This document shows, in pieces, positions 39,807 to 51,285 of a stretch of 64,000 nt of DNA. The stretch spans positions 34,658-98,657 of the forward strand of contig JAAPAO010000060.1 in assembly GCA_013115145.1 (NCBI GenBank). Reading direction: 5' to 3'. Numbering within the stretch: position 1 is the first letter of the stretch; every line of letters starts with the position of its first letter. Position numbers and translations under genes: made by a program. The notes beneath the pieces are model-generated. The model saw nothing but the letters and a program-made list of their open reading frames with translations, had not been told where the DNA came from and searched no databases. The stretch is from Perkinsus chesapeaki ATCC PRA-425 (taxonomy: Eukaryota > Protista > Perkinsozoa).

Positions 39807-40002
39807 GACACGGAGTGGCGTCCGATATCGTTATCCTCGTGATGTTTTCAGGACACCTTATCTTACAACTAGCACACCACAAGATGAAGTTTTGCGTTAT
39901 TGCTCGAGCGCACGCGTGCAAAAAGCGCGCTCGTTGCACGCATGCTCACGAGGCTACTTTTTCTCTGTATTCAAGGTGTTGTGACCGATCCTTCCCTCTT
40001 CA

Positions 40003-40982
40003 ATGGCTGACCAGGTCGAGTTGAATAACGAGTTGGAAAGCATGCGTCGGGCAATTTTGCACTTACAACAGGAGAATAGGCTTTTGCGGGAGCAACTGCA
40101 CAGGACTAGGTCCTCCTCTATTTCAAGCCCGACGCATGGTGGTAAGCTGTAACGATCCTCCGCTGTGAATGGTATCTTCTCTACTATTAGCGACTGATCT
40201 CGTCGATCCTCCTTTCGATATGCGCCGGATGAGCATCGATTTGATGGAAGAGCTTGATAAGCTTGAGAAGGATGCTAAGGACGCCAACGATAGGTTGGTG
40301 AATCACAGGTCAGTGGCCTGTACCAAATGGAGCGATCACCACTTCCACTCACAGTAGAGATAAGGGGAAGTTATCGGAGTCTCTTGTGTAGGATATCGGG
40401 CATCAGGACGCTTCTACAGAGACACCAGTCTATGGATGAATCCGAGACCGTGACGCACGAGCTAGCTCGTAGGCGGTCATCACTCTTGAACCCTAACATG
40501 GCTTTTGCCGAAGAGGAAGATGAAGAGCAAGAAGATGGTATGATGTACTGTATACATGTCTGATGGAAAAGCTATGCAGATGATACGTCCTCTGATGGTG
40601 CCGATCCCAAGTTTGACATGAGGCGGCTTTCACGTAACCTGGATAATGAAGTGCAGGCTTTAAGAGCAATCTGTAGCGGCTCTCACGATCGCCTGCTCAA
40701 ACAGAGGTGACGGGAATATACTTGGCTGTTTGCAAAGCCTTCTGCTTCAGGCTATCGGGCTGTGAACAGGTCCTGGCCAGGCAGCAGGAGATCGAAGATA
40801 GCCTGAGAGACGGTGGGCGTCCCAAAGGATGCTTTCTTGACCGGCCCATTATGAACGTGATACTTGTTATCTTAGTGCACTTGAGCATTCGATCTTCCCT
40901 TAGGTTCATTCCTGAACTCCTTCGCATTGGCGTTGTGAGTCCATTGCTCCTAAGATCACCGGGGGTGGCTAGTTCACACTAA
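40003..40982 (+). CDS. hypothetical coiled-coil protein (spliced)
   Basis: MADQVELNNELESMRRAILHLQQENRLLREQLHR..; LMEELDKLEKDAKDANDRL; short GT-AG introns. Confidence 0.55.
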
Positions 40983-41198
40983 ATGAGGCTGATCATCACA
41001 TATTTATTACCCTAGTCTACAGTATTAGGGGTTATTACACTCCATATAAGTTGTTGTCAATCGATTAATAACTTTCCTAAGTCTCTGAGTGGCGCCGCGT
41101 TATTCCTAGGAGACGTAGTTTGGCGTCACCTTCGTACGGGGGAGATGAGGAGACTTGTGTGATCCGGTGGTAGTTGTACTTGTTTTATTCGAAAAAAC

Positions 41199-41675
41199 AT
41201 GAGTACATGCAACCCCTTCGTCGTCGGTCAGTGCAGTGATCATGGCGTTTGCTGGACAGGTAGCTTCCGTAGCTACTGTGTTTGCGATAGATGGTGGAAA
41301 GGGGACCAGTGCCAGACACTCTCCAAGTAGGAGAGGCTCCAGCGGCTGCTGAATTGAGATTTTGTCATCCTTCTACCTTGCGATCAGTTACTTCTGGATA
41401 TGGTTGGCAGTCATCATTGCTGCATTAATTGTCTTTGCCGTGGCAGGCTTCTTTTTCTTAAGGAGATATCGTAGGCGTCGAGCAGCGGCAGCCGCGAATC
41501 CTCAGACAGTCTGTTACACCTCAGCTTATGTCTACCCGACAAATAACGGGGTAACCTTGAGATGTCTTCAAGTGGGAATCCTGTTCTCTCTCAGGCTACC
41601 TATCCCCAAGCTCAGCAGCCGGTGATTGGCCATTATGGCCCGACCACCACGGGGACTCCGGTGTACAAGTATTAA
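41199..41675 (+). CDS. mini EGF-like domain + single TM protein (copy 1)
   Basis: CNPFVVGQCSDHGVCWTGSFRSYCVCDRWWKGDQC (six-Cys EGF spacing), intron, TM YFWIWLAVIIAALIVFAVAGFFFL, RRYRRRR, Tyr/Pro-rich tail ending PVYKY*. Confidence 0.8.
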
Positions 41676-42142
41676 TATAGCTAGATCCTCCCGAGTGAGG
41701 ATCCTCTGGTTTTGATATTATCATCAATATTGTACAGTTCTAACTTCCGACAATTCCTAGCTTGGTTATATCTTATATCTGCCTAGCTGGTTGCTATCAT
41801 CGTTTCTAACTGCTCAACGGCTGCTTGCTTGATCAATGCTTCGGTGGAAGCGCACAGTGCGCACAATGTCTTGGCGAAAAGCGCACGAGCTCTGATCCAG
41901 CTTCTCTTCACTGCTAGAGTTTGGTTATGGAGAGCTCCATGGCATCGCGTGTGAGTCGCGTTTAGCAAGAATGTAGACTTCCTGTTACCGCGGCCCACCG
42001 CGGCCTACTCAACTGGTCTTTACTCTTTGATGGCCCTGAGTGGTGCGTCACAATGAACAGTGCCGTGCTTCGTAATAGATGCGTGATAAATAATCAATGG
42101 ACATTGGCTTTAGGCTTTTTATTCAACATTTTTTTGTCTGAC

Positions 42143-42564
42143 ATGGCGCTCATACAGCCGTGTATAATGGCCACTCTCCACCAGTGTAATGATCACGGTT
42201 CATGTTGGGCTGGACCTATCAGAAATATCTGCATCTGCAATCGATGGTGGAAAGGGGAACAATGCCAGACCCTGTCTGGGTAGGCGGTTCGGTTCTTGTG
42301 AATACAGAAGATGCTAAAAAGCCTCTCTGTGTTAGGTACTCTTGGATATTCATGTCGGGTGCTGCATTAGGACTACTTCTAGTCTCCTTGATGGTTTTCA
42401 TCGCTTTGAGGAGTTACCGGACGCGGAAGGCAGGACAAGCTTTGAGGCCTTCTATGGTTCTGTATCCTTCCGCGTATCCCTTGGATAAAGCAGTAAGCTC
42501 CCTGTTGGCCTCTGTCAATGATTGCTCTTCTTGCTTTGTACAATTATCGCTTGCTACTCGCTGA
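42143..42564 (+). CDS. mini EGF-like domain + single TM protein (copy 2; 3' end uncertain)
   Basis: CIMATLHQCNDHGSCWAGPIRNICICNRWWKGEQCQTLS, intron at the same position as copy 1, TM WIFMSGAALGLLLVSLMVFIAL, then RSYRTRK. Confidence 0.75.
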
Positions 42565-43199
42565 CCGACCCACCCTGTGAACTTGCAACGCAATTTACCC
42601 CTTGGCAACTAATAACCTTGCTACCTGCGCTGGGTGAATCAACTACTGCTGGTCAGCTAGCTGACCTATTATCCACCCAGTGTCATTTCTTCTACAGTAA
42701 GAAAAAAGCGTGTGACAGTTGGTCGCAACTACTGATAAACTGCACCTAATGTAGGGTGAATCACCCTTGCAATGGTCATCCTTGTCATCGCCACTGTATG
42801 CTGCTAGGGACACTAGATCTCGCTCGCCGTGTGTCAGCTCCCTACATAATTGTACCCTACATAACACTACATGTTCTGCCAGTCGAAGGTTGATGTGATA
42901 TCTCTTTAAGTGTGGCTTGTTATGTCAGATATTGATCTTTTATTTTCAGGTTGAAGTCAACAAAGGGATTGCTTAACTGGCCCCAGTTGCTCCGGGAATA
43001 CCCGGATCGACGTGCTAGATCAAAGTTATCTTCCTCCGAGATATACCTTGTCTATTTGGTCTGATTAGTTCGTACGTAAATCATACAACGGTCTTCAGGG
43101 CTATTCAAATTTAGTACGATCATCGGTAGCTTCGCTTCAACCTGATTTGGATTGAGTTTCTGATAGTCAATTCCATGAGTGCTAGATTGCTTATGCTCG

Positions 43200-44460
43200 A
43201 TGTTCTTGAGAGGATCCTCATCGCCGGCCATCACTGAGGGAGAGCACGATAATCGGCGGCGGCGCTCAGAAGACGGAAAGGCCGATACTGACAGTATGAG
43301 TAGCAAAAATGCCTTTCCAGATGATGACCTTGACACTTCTCCTCCCTCAGTGTCTTGTATAGAGGCTCCCAGTGATGAAGCCGGTACGGTGACTGGCACA
43401 AGGCGGTGCGCGTGCTTGAACCCACCGAGGATCGATGGACTCGTTCGATCGTCGGAATATTTCCCAAGTTTGCCTCTGGTGCCTTGACCTGGATCCCTGG
43501 GCTATTCTCAAGGTCCTCTAGACGAACCACCGAGTCGTGGAGCTACACCCTGCCGATCCTTACAAACCGTGAACGTCACACCTTCGAGCAAATGTACGGC
43601 CTCTCGCAAGAGAATAAGTGCCATGTCTTGTAGGCTATACGAGATCGCTCCTCCGGTATGTAAGTGCAGAAACTGTAGCTGAGCTGCTCCGATCCGACCA
43701 ACTCCGGAGCTCCGATGAGGCTATCTATCTTATAGACTGCCGCTATCCGTAATGGCTTCGCTCTGGTCTGAAATTTCGTCAGTTCTTTTTCTGCAGATAT
43801 GAGTATAATGGAGGACATATACTTAACGCCATCAACTTCCCTCCATATGAGATGGAGGCTATGAAAGAGTTCGTCTTTAATGATATAGCCAGTCGGGATA
43901 GGCGAAGAGCAATAATTATTCTCCACTGTGAATTCTCTCAAGTTCGAGCACCCATGGCCACTGAGGCTCTGAAGAAGTACACCTTTTGGCAAATATGCTC
44001 AGTCCTATGGACCTCAGCCTCCATAGACGCTGATTACTTTCATTCTAAATCTTCCTGTATCATCCGTTGATATTGGTCTCCTCGGCTCAGGCATTCTGCT
44101 CGTTATGGATGCTCGCGACCGTTGGAGTTATACGTGATGAAAGGCGGCTACTGTGACTTCTTCCGTAAATTCAAGGAACTGTGTGAACCTCAGACGTACT
44201 TAGAAATGTAGGTCTTGTTCTGTGAGCCGGCTGCAAGCTGCAAGCTATGTTCGTCAGGCAGCAGACTAGTGCGGAGAACAGCGACTTCAGATTCAACATT
44301 GAGCAACCTGGTGTACGCAATATTGACAGCTCTCGAAGTGCCTGTAAATTATCAGGATAACCTTGGCTTTCACCTCAACAGAGCCAGCCCTCCAGCTGCA
44401 CTTGCTCGCGGCCGCCGTCGTAAGGTAGCCGGCAGCGTTTCACTATACGCGTGGTTAATT
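43200..44460 (+). CDS. cdc25: Cdc25-type (M-phase inducer) phosphatase, rhodanese fold (ends approximate)
   Basis: IYLIDCRYP|[14 protein letters not shown]; catalytic HCEFSQVR (HCX5R, 43924-43947); [22 protein letters not shown]. Confidence 0.88.
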
Positions 44461-45008
44461 TGAGATATGCAGGTCCGAGGTCGATGCCTTGATGATATGG
44501 ATCTGCCTTACCACGGTACAGTATATTATAGGGTTCACTTCACCGGTGTACTCCAGAGTCGCGCCGAAGATCTTCCCGGCTATCTTCCTCCTCTTGGGGA
44601 ACAACAACTGATGAGAGGGACTCACCGATAAGGTGAGAAGCTGCATGGCGGTTTCTGGTCGATGCCGTTCAAGATTGCTTTCGAACGACCTCACTTGGGT
44701 TCGTCCGAGTTTGCACGGTCGAGATCCTGCAGTAGCTGGGTGGTGCTCTGAGGATGCCTGCAGTCAGGCTGCGAGCACGGCAGTAGGCCACTCTTCCTAA
44801 CCTAATCTCAATTGCTCTTCCAGGCAACTTTAACATCGACCCGCATGAGGTTTGGTACAGGCAGATCTTCAGTCGGGAGTAAGATACGTACGCCACTCAC
44901 TATCGTCTTTGAAGCCTGTCCCATTTTGCGTCGTTTTTGTGTTAGTTGTTGCCAGGTTTCTAGGGAACTTGCCTGTTGTATGTTTGCCTGCTTCTCAGGT
45001 GTAACCAT
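44455..45008 (-). CDS. possible small hypothetical protein
   Basis: Three adjacent short minus-strand ORFs that could be spliced together; unrecognised. Confidence 0.25.
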
Positions 45009-45473
45009 GGATGAGGTATGCGTATCAGATGATGATGAAAATGGTATGGATTGGGTTCGTCGAACGAGCTAGTTGCTCTATGGCTGCTCTCTCTTCTTGT
45101 ATTATGCCGTTTGTTAATAAACAGTATACTAATGTATACTAGTGTAATTTTTGATAACATTTTTTATGCAATAATGGGACAATATAGATGGGGTAAAATA
45201 TTAAGGTAAAATCCGCAATATAGAAGTAGCTTATGCTGTTATGAAAGGCTGTAAATAGTATACTAAACCTTCCACTAGCCTCCTGTTGCGTTCAACTGCG
45301 GAGAGGAATACGGGAGCGGGAGGCGGATTTATGGGCGCGCGCTTTTTACTCTGCGCGGCACGCTATCTTAATGACTGTGTTGCTGTTTGTCACGCAGGGC
45401 TAGGAAGAACATAATCTAAAGCCGTGAACCGCATAGTTAAAAATAGGTTTTTCACCCCCTTGCCTCTTCCTTC

Positions 45474-46838
45474 ATGTCCGTAAGAAGCGAAAGATCTTCC
45501 GACGAATTGGAGAGACTCGACTCTAAAGAGTCTGAGTTATCTCAAACTTCTTCCTCCTCATCTATTGTTGACATTGATAAGGATAAAACTGCTGCTGCTG
45601 AGAGTAAAGAATGCTCCAGCGAGCAACAAATGACGAGGAAGACTTATGTATGGTGCTTCGTTGCCACTACTGTTTGTGGCTTCATTAATAATACTGGCTA
45701 TAACTTCGTATTCACCGTATCTCAAGATCTGGCTAAACAATTCCATCATGAAGATGCTATGTCATCGTTTAGTATGGTGCTGTTGGCTGCTTGTTTCGGC
45801 ATGACAATATTGCACTCTAAATTCTTTCTACATTATTCCTTTTTATTGAGGATTATAGCTTGTTTAGTGCTCCAAACACTCGCTTATGTACTGCTTGCAA
45901 TAGCCTGTAAGATGACCAATGACAATACTGGTTTTGGTCTATCATTAGCTGGTGCTGTCTGTACTGGTTTCTCACAAGCTTTAGGTGAAGTACTGAACCT
46001 TAGTCAGCTTCATCATCTACCACCTAGTCTTGTTGGTGGTTGGGGTCTTGGTACTGGTCTCTCTGGTATCTTTGCCCCCCTTATCTATATGCTATTCCTT
46101 AATGTATTCCACTGGTCTAGATTTGTCATTATGCTTGTTATGAATGTATTAACCCCTATATACTTCTGTGCATTCTGGTATATCAACCGCCAGGCTAATA
46201 AGAGAACCGTTAAGGGAGCCAAGGATGACGAGACAGCCAATTCTGCTGAGCTCAATTGGCAGTCATTCAAAGGTGTTTGCAAGCACGCTGGTTTCATTAT
46301 CTTTAACTTGGTTGCTGTGTACTTCCTAGAGTACTTCATCCAGTCTGGCTTTATGGACAGAGCGTCCATCAATGTCGATACTGTACACTCTTCGTATGTA
46401 GCAGCTAACGCGTATGAGATGATGTTGATTGGTTACAATGTCGGTGTTACTATATCCAGATCATCAGTCACTTTCTTCCGTATTAAGTGGATTTGGGTAC
46501 CCACTGTCCTCCAAGCTGGCAATGCTATCTTCTGGGGCTTTGAGGCGACTACTCACTTCATCAGGAATGGTCTAGGCTTGGCCGGTTTCTATCTTTACAT
46601 TCCGTTGGCTGCTATTATTGGTCTCATGGGAGGTCTATCATATGTCAATTGTATGTACCAAATCCAACAGAAAGATGATATTCCTGATGATCTCCGTCAG
46701 TTGGCGGTTAATCTAGGATTTGCCTCTACTAACATTGGCATTGTACTCTCTAGTGGCCTGGACTTATGGCTAGCTAATACGGTACTTAGCCAATGCAATA
46801 TATATGATTGCAGCAAGCCCCCGCAGATCTATAACTAA
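45474..46838 (+). CDS. CLN3: CLN3/battenin (BTN1) family lysosomal/vacuolar membrane protein, intronless
   Basis: 454-aa ORF with ~11 TM segments; GFINNTGYNFVFTVSQDLA, GWGLGTGLSGIFA, FNLVAVYFLEYFIQSG, YNVGVTISRSS, GLMGGLSYVN motifs. Confidence 0.9.
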   Translation: MSVRSERSSDELERLDSKESELSQTSSSSSIVDIDKDKTAAAESKECSSEQQMTRKTYVWCFVATTVCGFINNTGYNFVFTVSQDLAKQFHHEDAMSSFSMVLLAACFGMTILHSKFFLHYSFLLRIIACLVLQTLAYVLLAIACKMTNDNTGFGLSLAGAVCTGFSQALGEVLNLSQLHHLPPSLVGGWGLGTGLSGIFAPLIYMLFLNVFHWSRFVIMLVMNVLTPIYFCAFWYINRQANKRTVKGAKDDETANSAELNWQSFKGVCKHAGFIIFNLVAVYFLEYFIQSGFMDRASINVDTVHSSYVAANAYEMMLIGYNVGVTISRSSVTFFRIKWIWVPTVLQAGNAIFWGFEATTHFIRNGLGLAGFYLYIPLAAIIGLMGGLSYVNCMYQIQQKDDIPDDLRQLAVNLGFASTNIGIVLSSGLDLWLANTVLSQCNIYDCSKPPQIYN

Positions 46839-47439
46839 ACCCTTACTGCGTTCCAGCACGGTTGTGGTGGTGTTATGACGATATAGCTTTTCGATTCGAG
46901 GAAGCCACCATTATGGTGGCGACTCTTTCCTCCTTAATAAAGGGAGGCGCCTCTGAATCGCTAATTGTCAACAATTGAGTGTCTCTTGAACATATCTAGA
47001 CTCTATTATACTTGAAGTTATCCTGAGTAGTAGTTAGCAATTTGTTCACAATAGTAGTTTATTCCCTTTCTTTTATAGCTTCCAAATAGTAGCATTGCCT
47101 TCGTCGCTGTTATCTGCCTTCCTCTTATTGCATTAGAAAACAGTTGGTTGGTTATAGTAGAAGTGCAGCGACGAAGGCCTTTCCTGTCTATCGATCTTCA
47201 GCAAATACGACCCTTGTTGAAATCACGTTGATGTTGTTCTTGTAGCTGTGTTGTTGTCTTCTTACTGCTACTTGCTTTCGTGGCATAGATTATAACATAA
47301 CCCCGTATATATAATATAATTTCTTCTATTGCCACAACAGAAGAGGCATATCCAGTTCGCATTGAGTGTTCCTATATATCAATACATTATGGTCGTTGTG
47401 TTGTTATGTCGTTCAATGGTAAGGTGGTAATTAAGTACA

Positions 47440-50400
47440 ATGACAGCTGCTGCCATTGTCCCTGCATCATCAACTGACGAGCCTTCAACTCATGGCTTAT
47501 ATGATAACCTTCGGCGGCTTATCAACGTAGTGGATGAGCTGAGGTACACTGTTTACTTGCTCCAAGGTGGTTATTGTTATTTTTAGAGATGTTGGATTAC
47601 AGAAGATAATCAACCTCCCTAGAATAGTTGTTGTTGGAACGCAGAGTTCTGGGAAAAGTTCGGTAATATCTCACTACGATTGCTTTCGGGATTGGCGGGA
47701 AAGGTGATTGCTAACTTAGCCTTGGACAACGCTTTCGAGTTCGTCCGTGGGCGAAGCTAGAAATAAAATCGATGCTACCATTTGATGATATTGGTGTAGG
47801 TTTTGGAGAGTATAGTGGGGCTCGACTTTCTTCCTAGAGGTGATGGTGTTGTAACCAGAAGGCCGCTAGAGCTAAGGCTTGTCCATCTCTCTGAGAGTAA
47901 GCCTCAGTAGTATACGAGACTCCAGGGACTGTTTTTAGGCGATCACAAGCCGGATGATGCATGGGCAGTCTTTCCTGAGAAACCCGATAAGAAATTCACC
48001 GACTTTGACGAGGTATTGAGGGTGTTGGCGGGCGGGGGTGAAGAACGGTGTGTAGGTACGTAAGGAGATAGAGAGGCTCACTGATGTTGCAGCGGGCGCT
48101 AATAAAGGCATTGTGGACGATCCGATCGTTATGACGATGTAGAAGGCCTTTACGGGTTGAAGGGGATATTTCAGTGCTTCAGATATGCCACTGCTGCTCC
48201 TGATCTCACCCTCATTGATTTACCCGGTATCACTAGGGTTCCTGTTAAAGGATCTGATCAGAAGGAGGATATCGAAAAGGTTACTAAGGTAGTAAGGGGG
48301 GCATTGCACAGTGTATCTCACTGGCTATTGAAATAACTCTTTGGTTCCTGGCAGATTGGCGGCTCAGAGAGTCTTTCTTTTACATAGCTCTTAGTATTAA
48401 TTTTCGCAACCGACACTCAGTGGTTATTGGGGGCTTTGGCATATTAGTATTAGTGATATCTAGTGTATTTCAATTGCTATTTTAATAATTGAAATGATAT
48501 TTACCAATTTGCTCGTAGAACTACTGGCCTCGTAATTACTTAACCCTTCGTAGCTATCTATCTTGATATATTTGATTGGTAGGATATGACCTACCGCTAC
48601 ATTCGGGATCCCCGTACTATCATACTGGCTGTCCTTGCTGCCAACCAGGATCTGAGTACAAGTGATGCTTTACAGATGGCCAGACAGGTTGATCCCTCCG
48701 GATTCCGAACGATAGGGGTAAGCTTGGGAACAACCCGAATATTCGGTGAACAAACTATATGGCAGGTTATCACGAAGATAGATATTATGGACAGAGGGAC
48801 GGACGCTGTTAAAATGCTTACTGGGGAGGATATACCCTTGAGGCTCGGCTATGTGGGAGTGAAGAACAGGTATTGCTGGGCAGTGGTGGGGAAGGTGAAC
48901 TGTTGGAGCAGATCACAAGCGGATATCCGCGCTAATATGAAGGTGAAGGAGGCATTGGAACAGGAGAAGGAATGGTTTGAGAGCCATCCTAAATACAACA
49001 AGTTGCCGCCTGGATTGACGGGGACTAGTAATCGAATGCAGAGATCTAAGTGCTACGGAAGTGTTTGATCAGCTTGTCTGGTGCAGAAGCTCACAAGGGT
49101 GCTGTTCCGCCATATTAGGAACTTCTTGCCGGAGATTAAGAAGGAGATATCAGAAAGGCGAACCAAGTAGATCCACCTTGAGCAGCCTTCTGTAGCAGCG
49201 TTATACGGTTGTTAGGGTGCAAGATCGATTGGAGCAGATAGGCAGCGGTGTGCCGGTGGACGAGAAGGAACAGGTCCAGCTAATGTGGACTATGATAACC
49301 GACTACTGTGATATGTTTAAGAACACCATCAGAGGTAGTAGCGGCCTGAGCTCTCCGTGACGGGGGGAATGCCACTGATGTCAGGGAGGAACGATAGGAA
49401 GTTGCAGCACTATTTGGCCGCCTCGGCAGAGAGCGGCGAGCAGCTGGTTTCGGGCGGGAGTCAAATTAGGACTGTCTTCAACGACTTCTTGGTATGAGCC
49501 TTTGTACGGATTCTTGTGGCGTAGTTTTGTTGGTCAGGCCGACTATGAGGATGAGCCGTGTACGAAGGACCTAACTGATGAGGATATAGAAAGGGCTATC
49601 AGAGTTCATGAAGGCGATGCTCTACCAGGTAAATAGCACTACTAACTCTTCAAGACTGATGGCTGTTTAGGATTCCCTTCGCCGGATATCTTTGAGTTCC
49701 TCATCCTTCCGTATCTTCGGCAAATTCAAGGGCCTACGATGGAGTGCCTAAATACAGTTGCTGCCACCTTAGAGGTAAATTTCACTACCTTGGCTCACCG
49801 AGGTAGTAGCGTGTACAGGTGCTCAGCCAGAAAATGGCCCGGACTGTGTTCAAAAGATTCCCCAAGCTGGCTGATCAAGTAGGCTTAGGTCGGCGCTGCT
49901 GACAGCAGATGTGTGGCTTAGGTGCTGGAGTTAACCTCGCAAATTCTGTATAGAGAGAAGGAGCATACTCGTTCCATATTAGAGGATTTGGTGGCATATG
50001 ACACTGGCTATCTCTTTACTAATGATGAGGAGTACTTGGAGAGCCATGGATCGATGCAACCCATGTAACGCAGTCTCGCCGCCGCCGCAGCTGGGGGGGG
50101 AAGGAGTTCTGTCAGGTATCAACCGCCTGCGCTGCCAAATGGTCCGAATGCTACTGGAAATATGAATCCTTCCGCACCCGGAGCTGCCGCTGGAGCTCCT
50201 GGAGCTGGTGGCCCACAGGCTATAACACAGCAGGTAGGGCAAGGAGCTAACCTATGGGGCTAATAAGGCTATGCTAGGCTCCAAGAGGGATGGCTGGTCA
50301 GCGCCCCAGTCACCGCCGTGGCTACGCTGGGCCATATGTAACGGAGATCCGCCGTCGGTTGGATGCCTATTTCTCATTAATTATCCGAAACGTTCGCGAC

Positions 50401-51119
50401 TCGGTTCCGAGGGCCATCGGGTACTTCCTCGTACGACAGGTAGGCCATCAGTGTCTGGCTTTGGGGTTGAGGGCTGATGGTAGGTGCAAGACAAGCTGCA
50501 GTTTGAGCTGTACACTAATGTGAATAGGGCTGACAAACTGGCTGATCTGCTCGGGGAGCCGCCTCATATCATGGAGGAGAGAAAGCAGTTAACTACACAG
50601 GTAGATGGAAGGATGGAAAGGGGACAGAACTTGTGTTAGTTGCGTATTCTGGACAACGCCCATAACGTACTGCAACGCGACCCTACTATCACAGCTTTAC
50701 AGCTTGAGACTATGGACATGATGGGGGAGGAATCAATACCAGCACCATCGCATCGGAAGCCAAGTCCAAGGCAGACCAGACAACAACAACAGCAGTACTC
50801 TGGAGGGTATGGTGCTGCTGGGGGAGCTCCACCGCCGCCTGCACAGGTAGGCTATGGGCTTAGGGCTCGGGATTCATCGTGTTTGCAGAACATGGCACCG
50901 CCGCCTAGCAACGGGTCATCGATGGCGCCACCACCTGCCCCACCGCCAAGCTCAACTGGAGGGGGGCTGTTCGGCAACACCACAGCCAAGCCTCATGGCA
51001 GCAATACTGGCAGTATCCCTGCTGCTCACCCTGGACAGAGCTCGTCACTGTTTGGGGGTAGCGGCTATCAGACCGGCCGACGAACACAGCCTCACAACCC
51101 GCTATTTGGAGATGATTGA
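47440..51119 (+). CDS. dynamin-related GTPase, DrpB-like (alveolate type)
   Basis: [63 protein letters not shown]; DLTLIDLPG; TKIDIMDRG; GED ([27 protein letters not shown]); Pro/Gly/Gln-rich tail ending NPLFGDD*. Confidence 0.93.
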
Positions 51120-51285
51120 ATATGATTACTACAAAACACCTGCTCAACGATATAGTGTATCATCGGCCTACTGTTGTCCTTGCCACCGTGTATGATAGGC
51201 TGGGCCTATCGTCTTGAGTTAAGTGGGTCAATAGTTACCGAGGGAAGTGAGAGGCCCGGGGCTTTCTTTGTTTGGGTCTTCCATT

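Noticed and set aside
39920-39930. AAAAAGCGCGC, also present reversed at 45337-45347, both in intergenic DNA
   Set aside because: Repeated 11-mers are expected by chance in 64 kb; two instances cannot establish a promoter motif.
41783-41998. Minus-strand ORF with HTRCHGALHNQTLAVK, faintly like the hAT transposase C..H motif
   Set aside because: Too short; no terminal inverted repeats, target-site duplication or other transposase motifs seen.
46904-46920. GCCACCAT-t-ATGGTGGC palindrome downstream of CLN3
   Set aside because: Isolated 8-bp stem; no family or repeat context.
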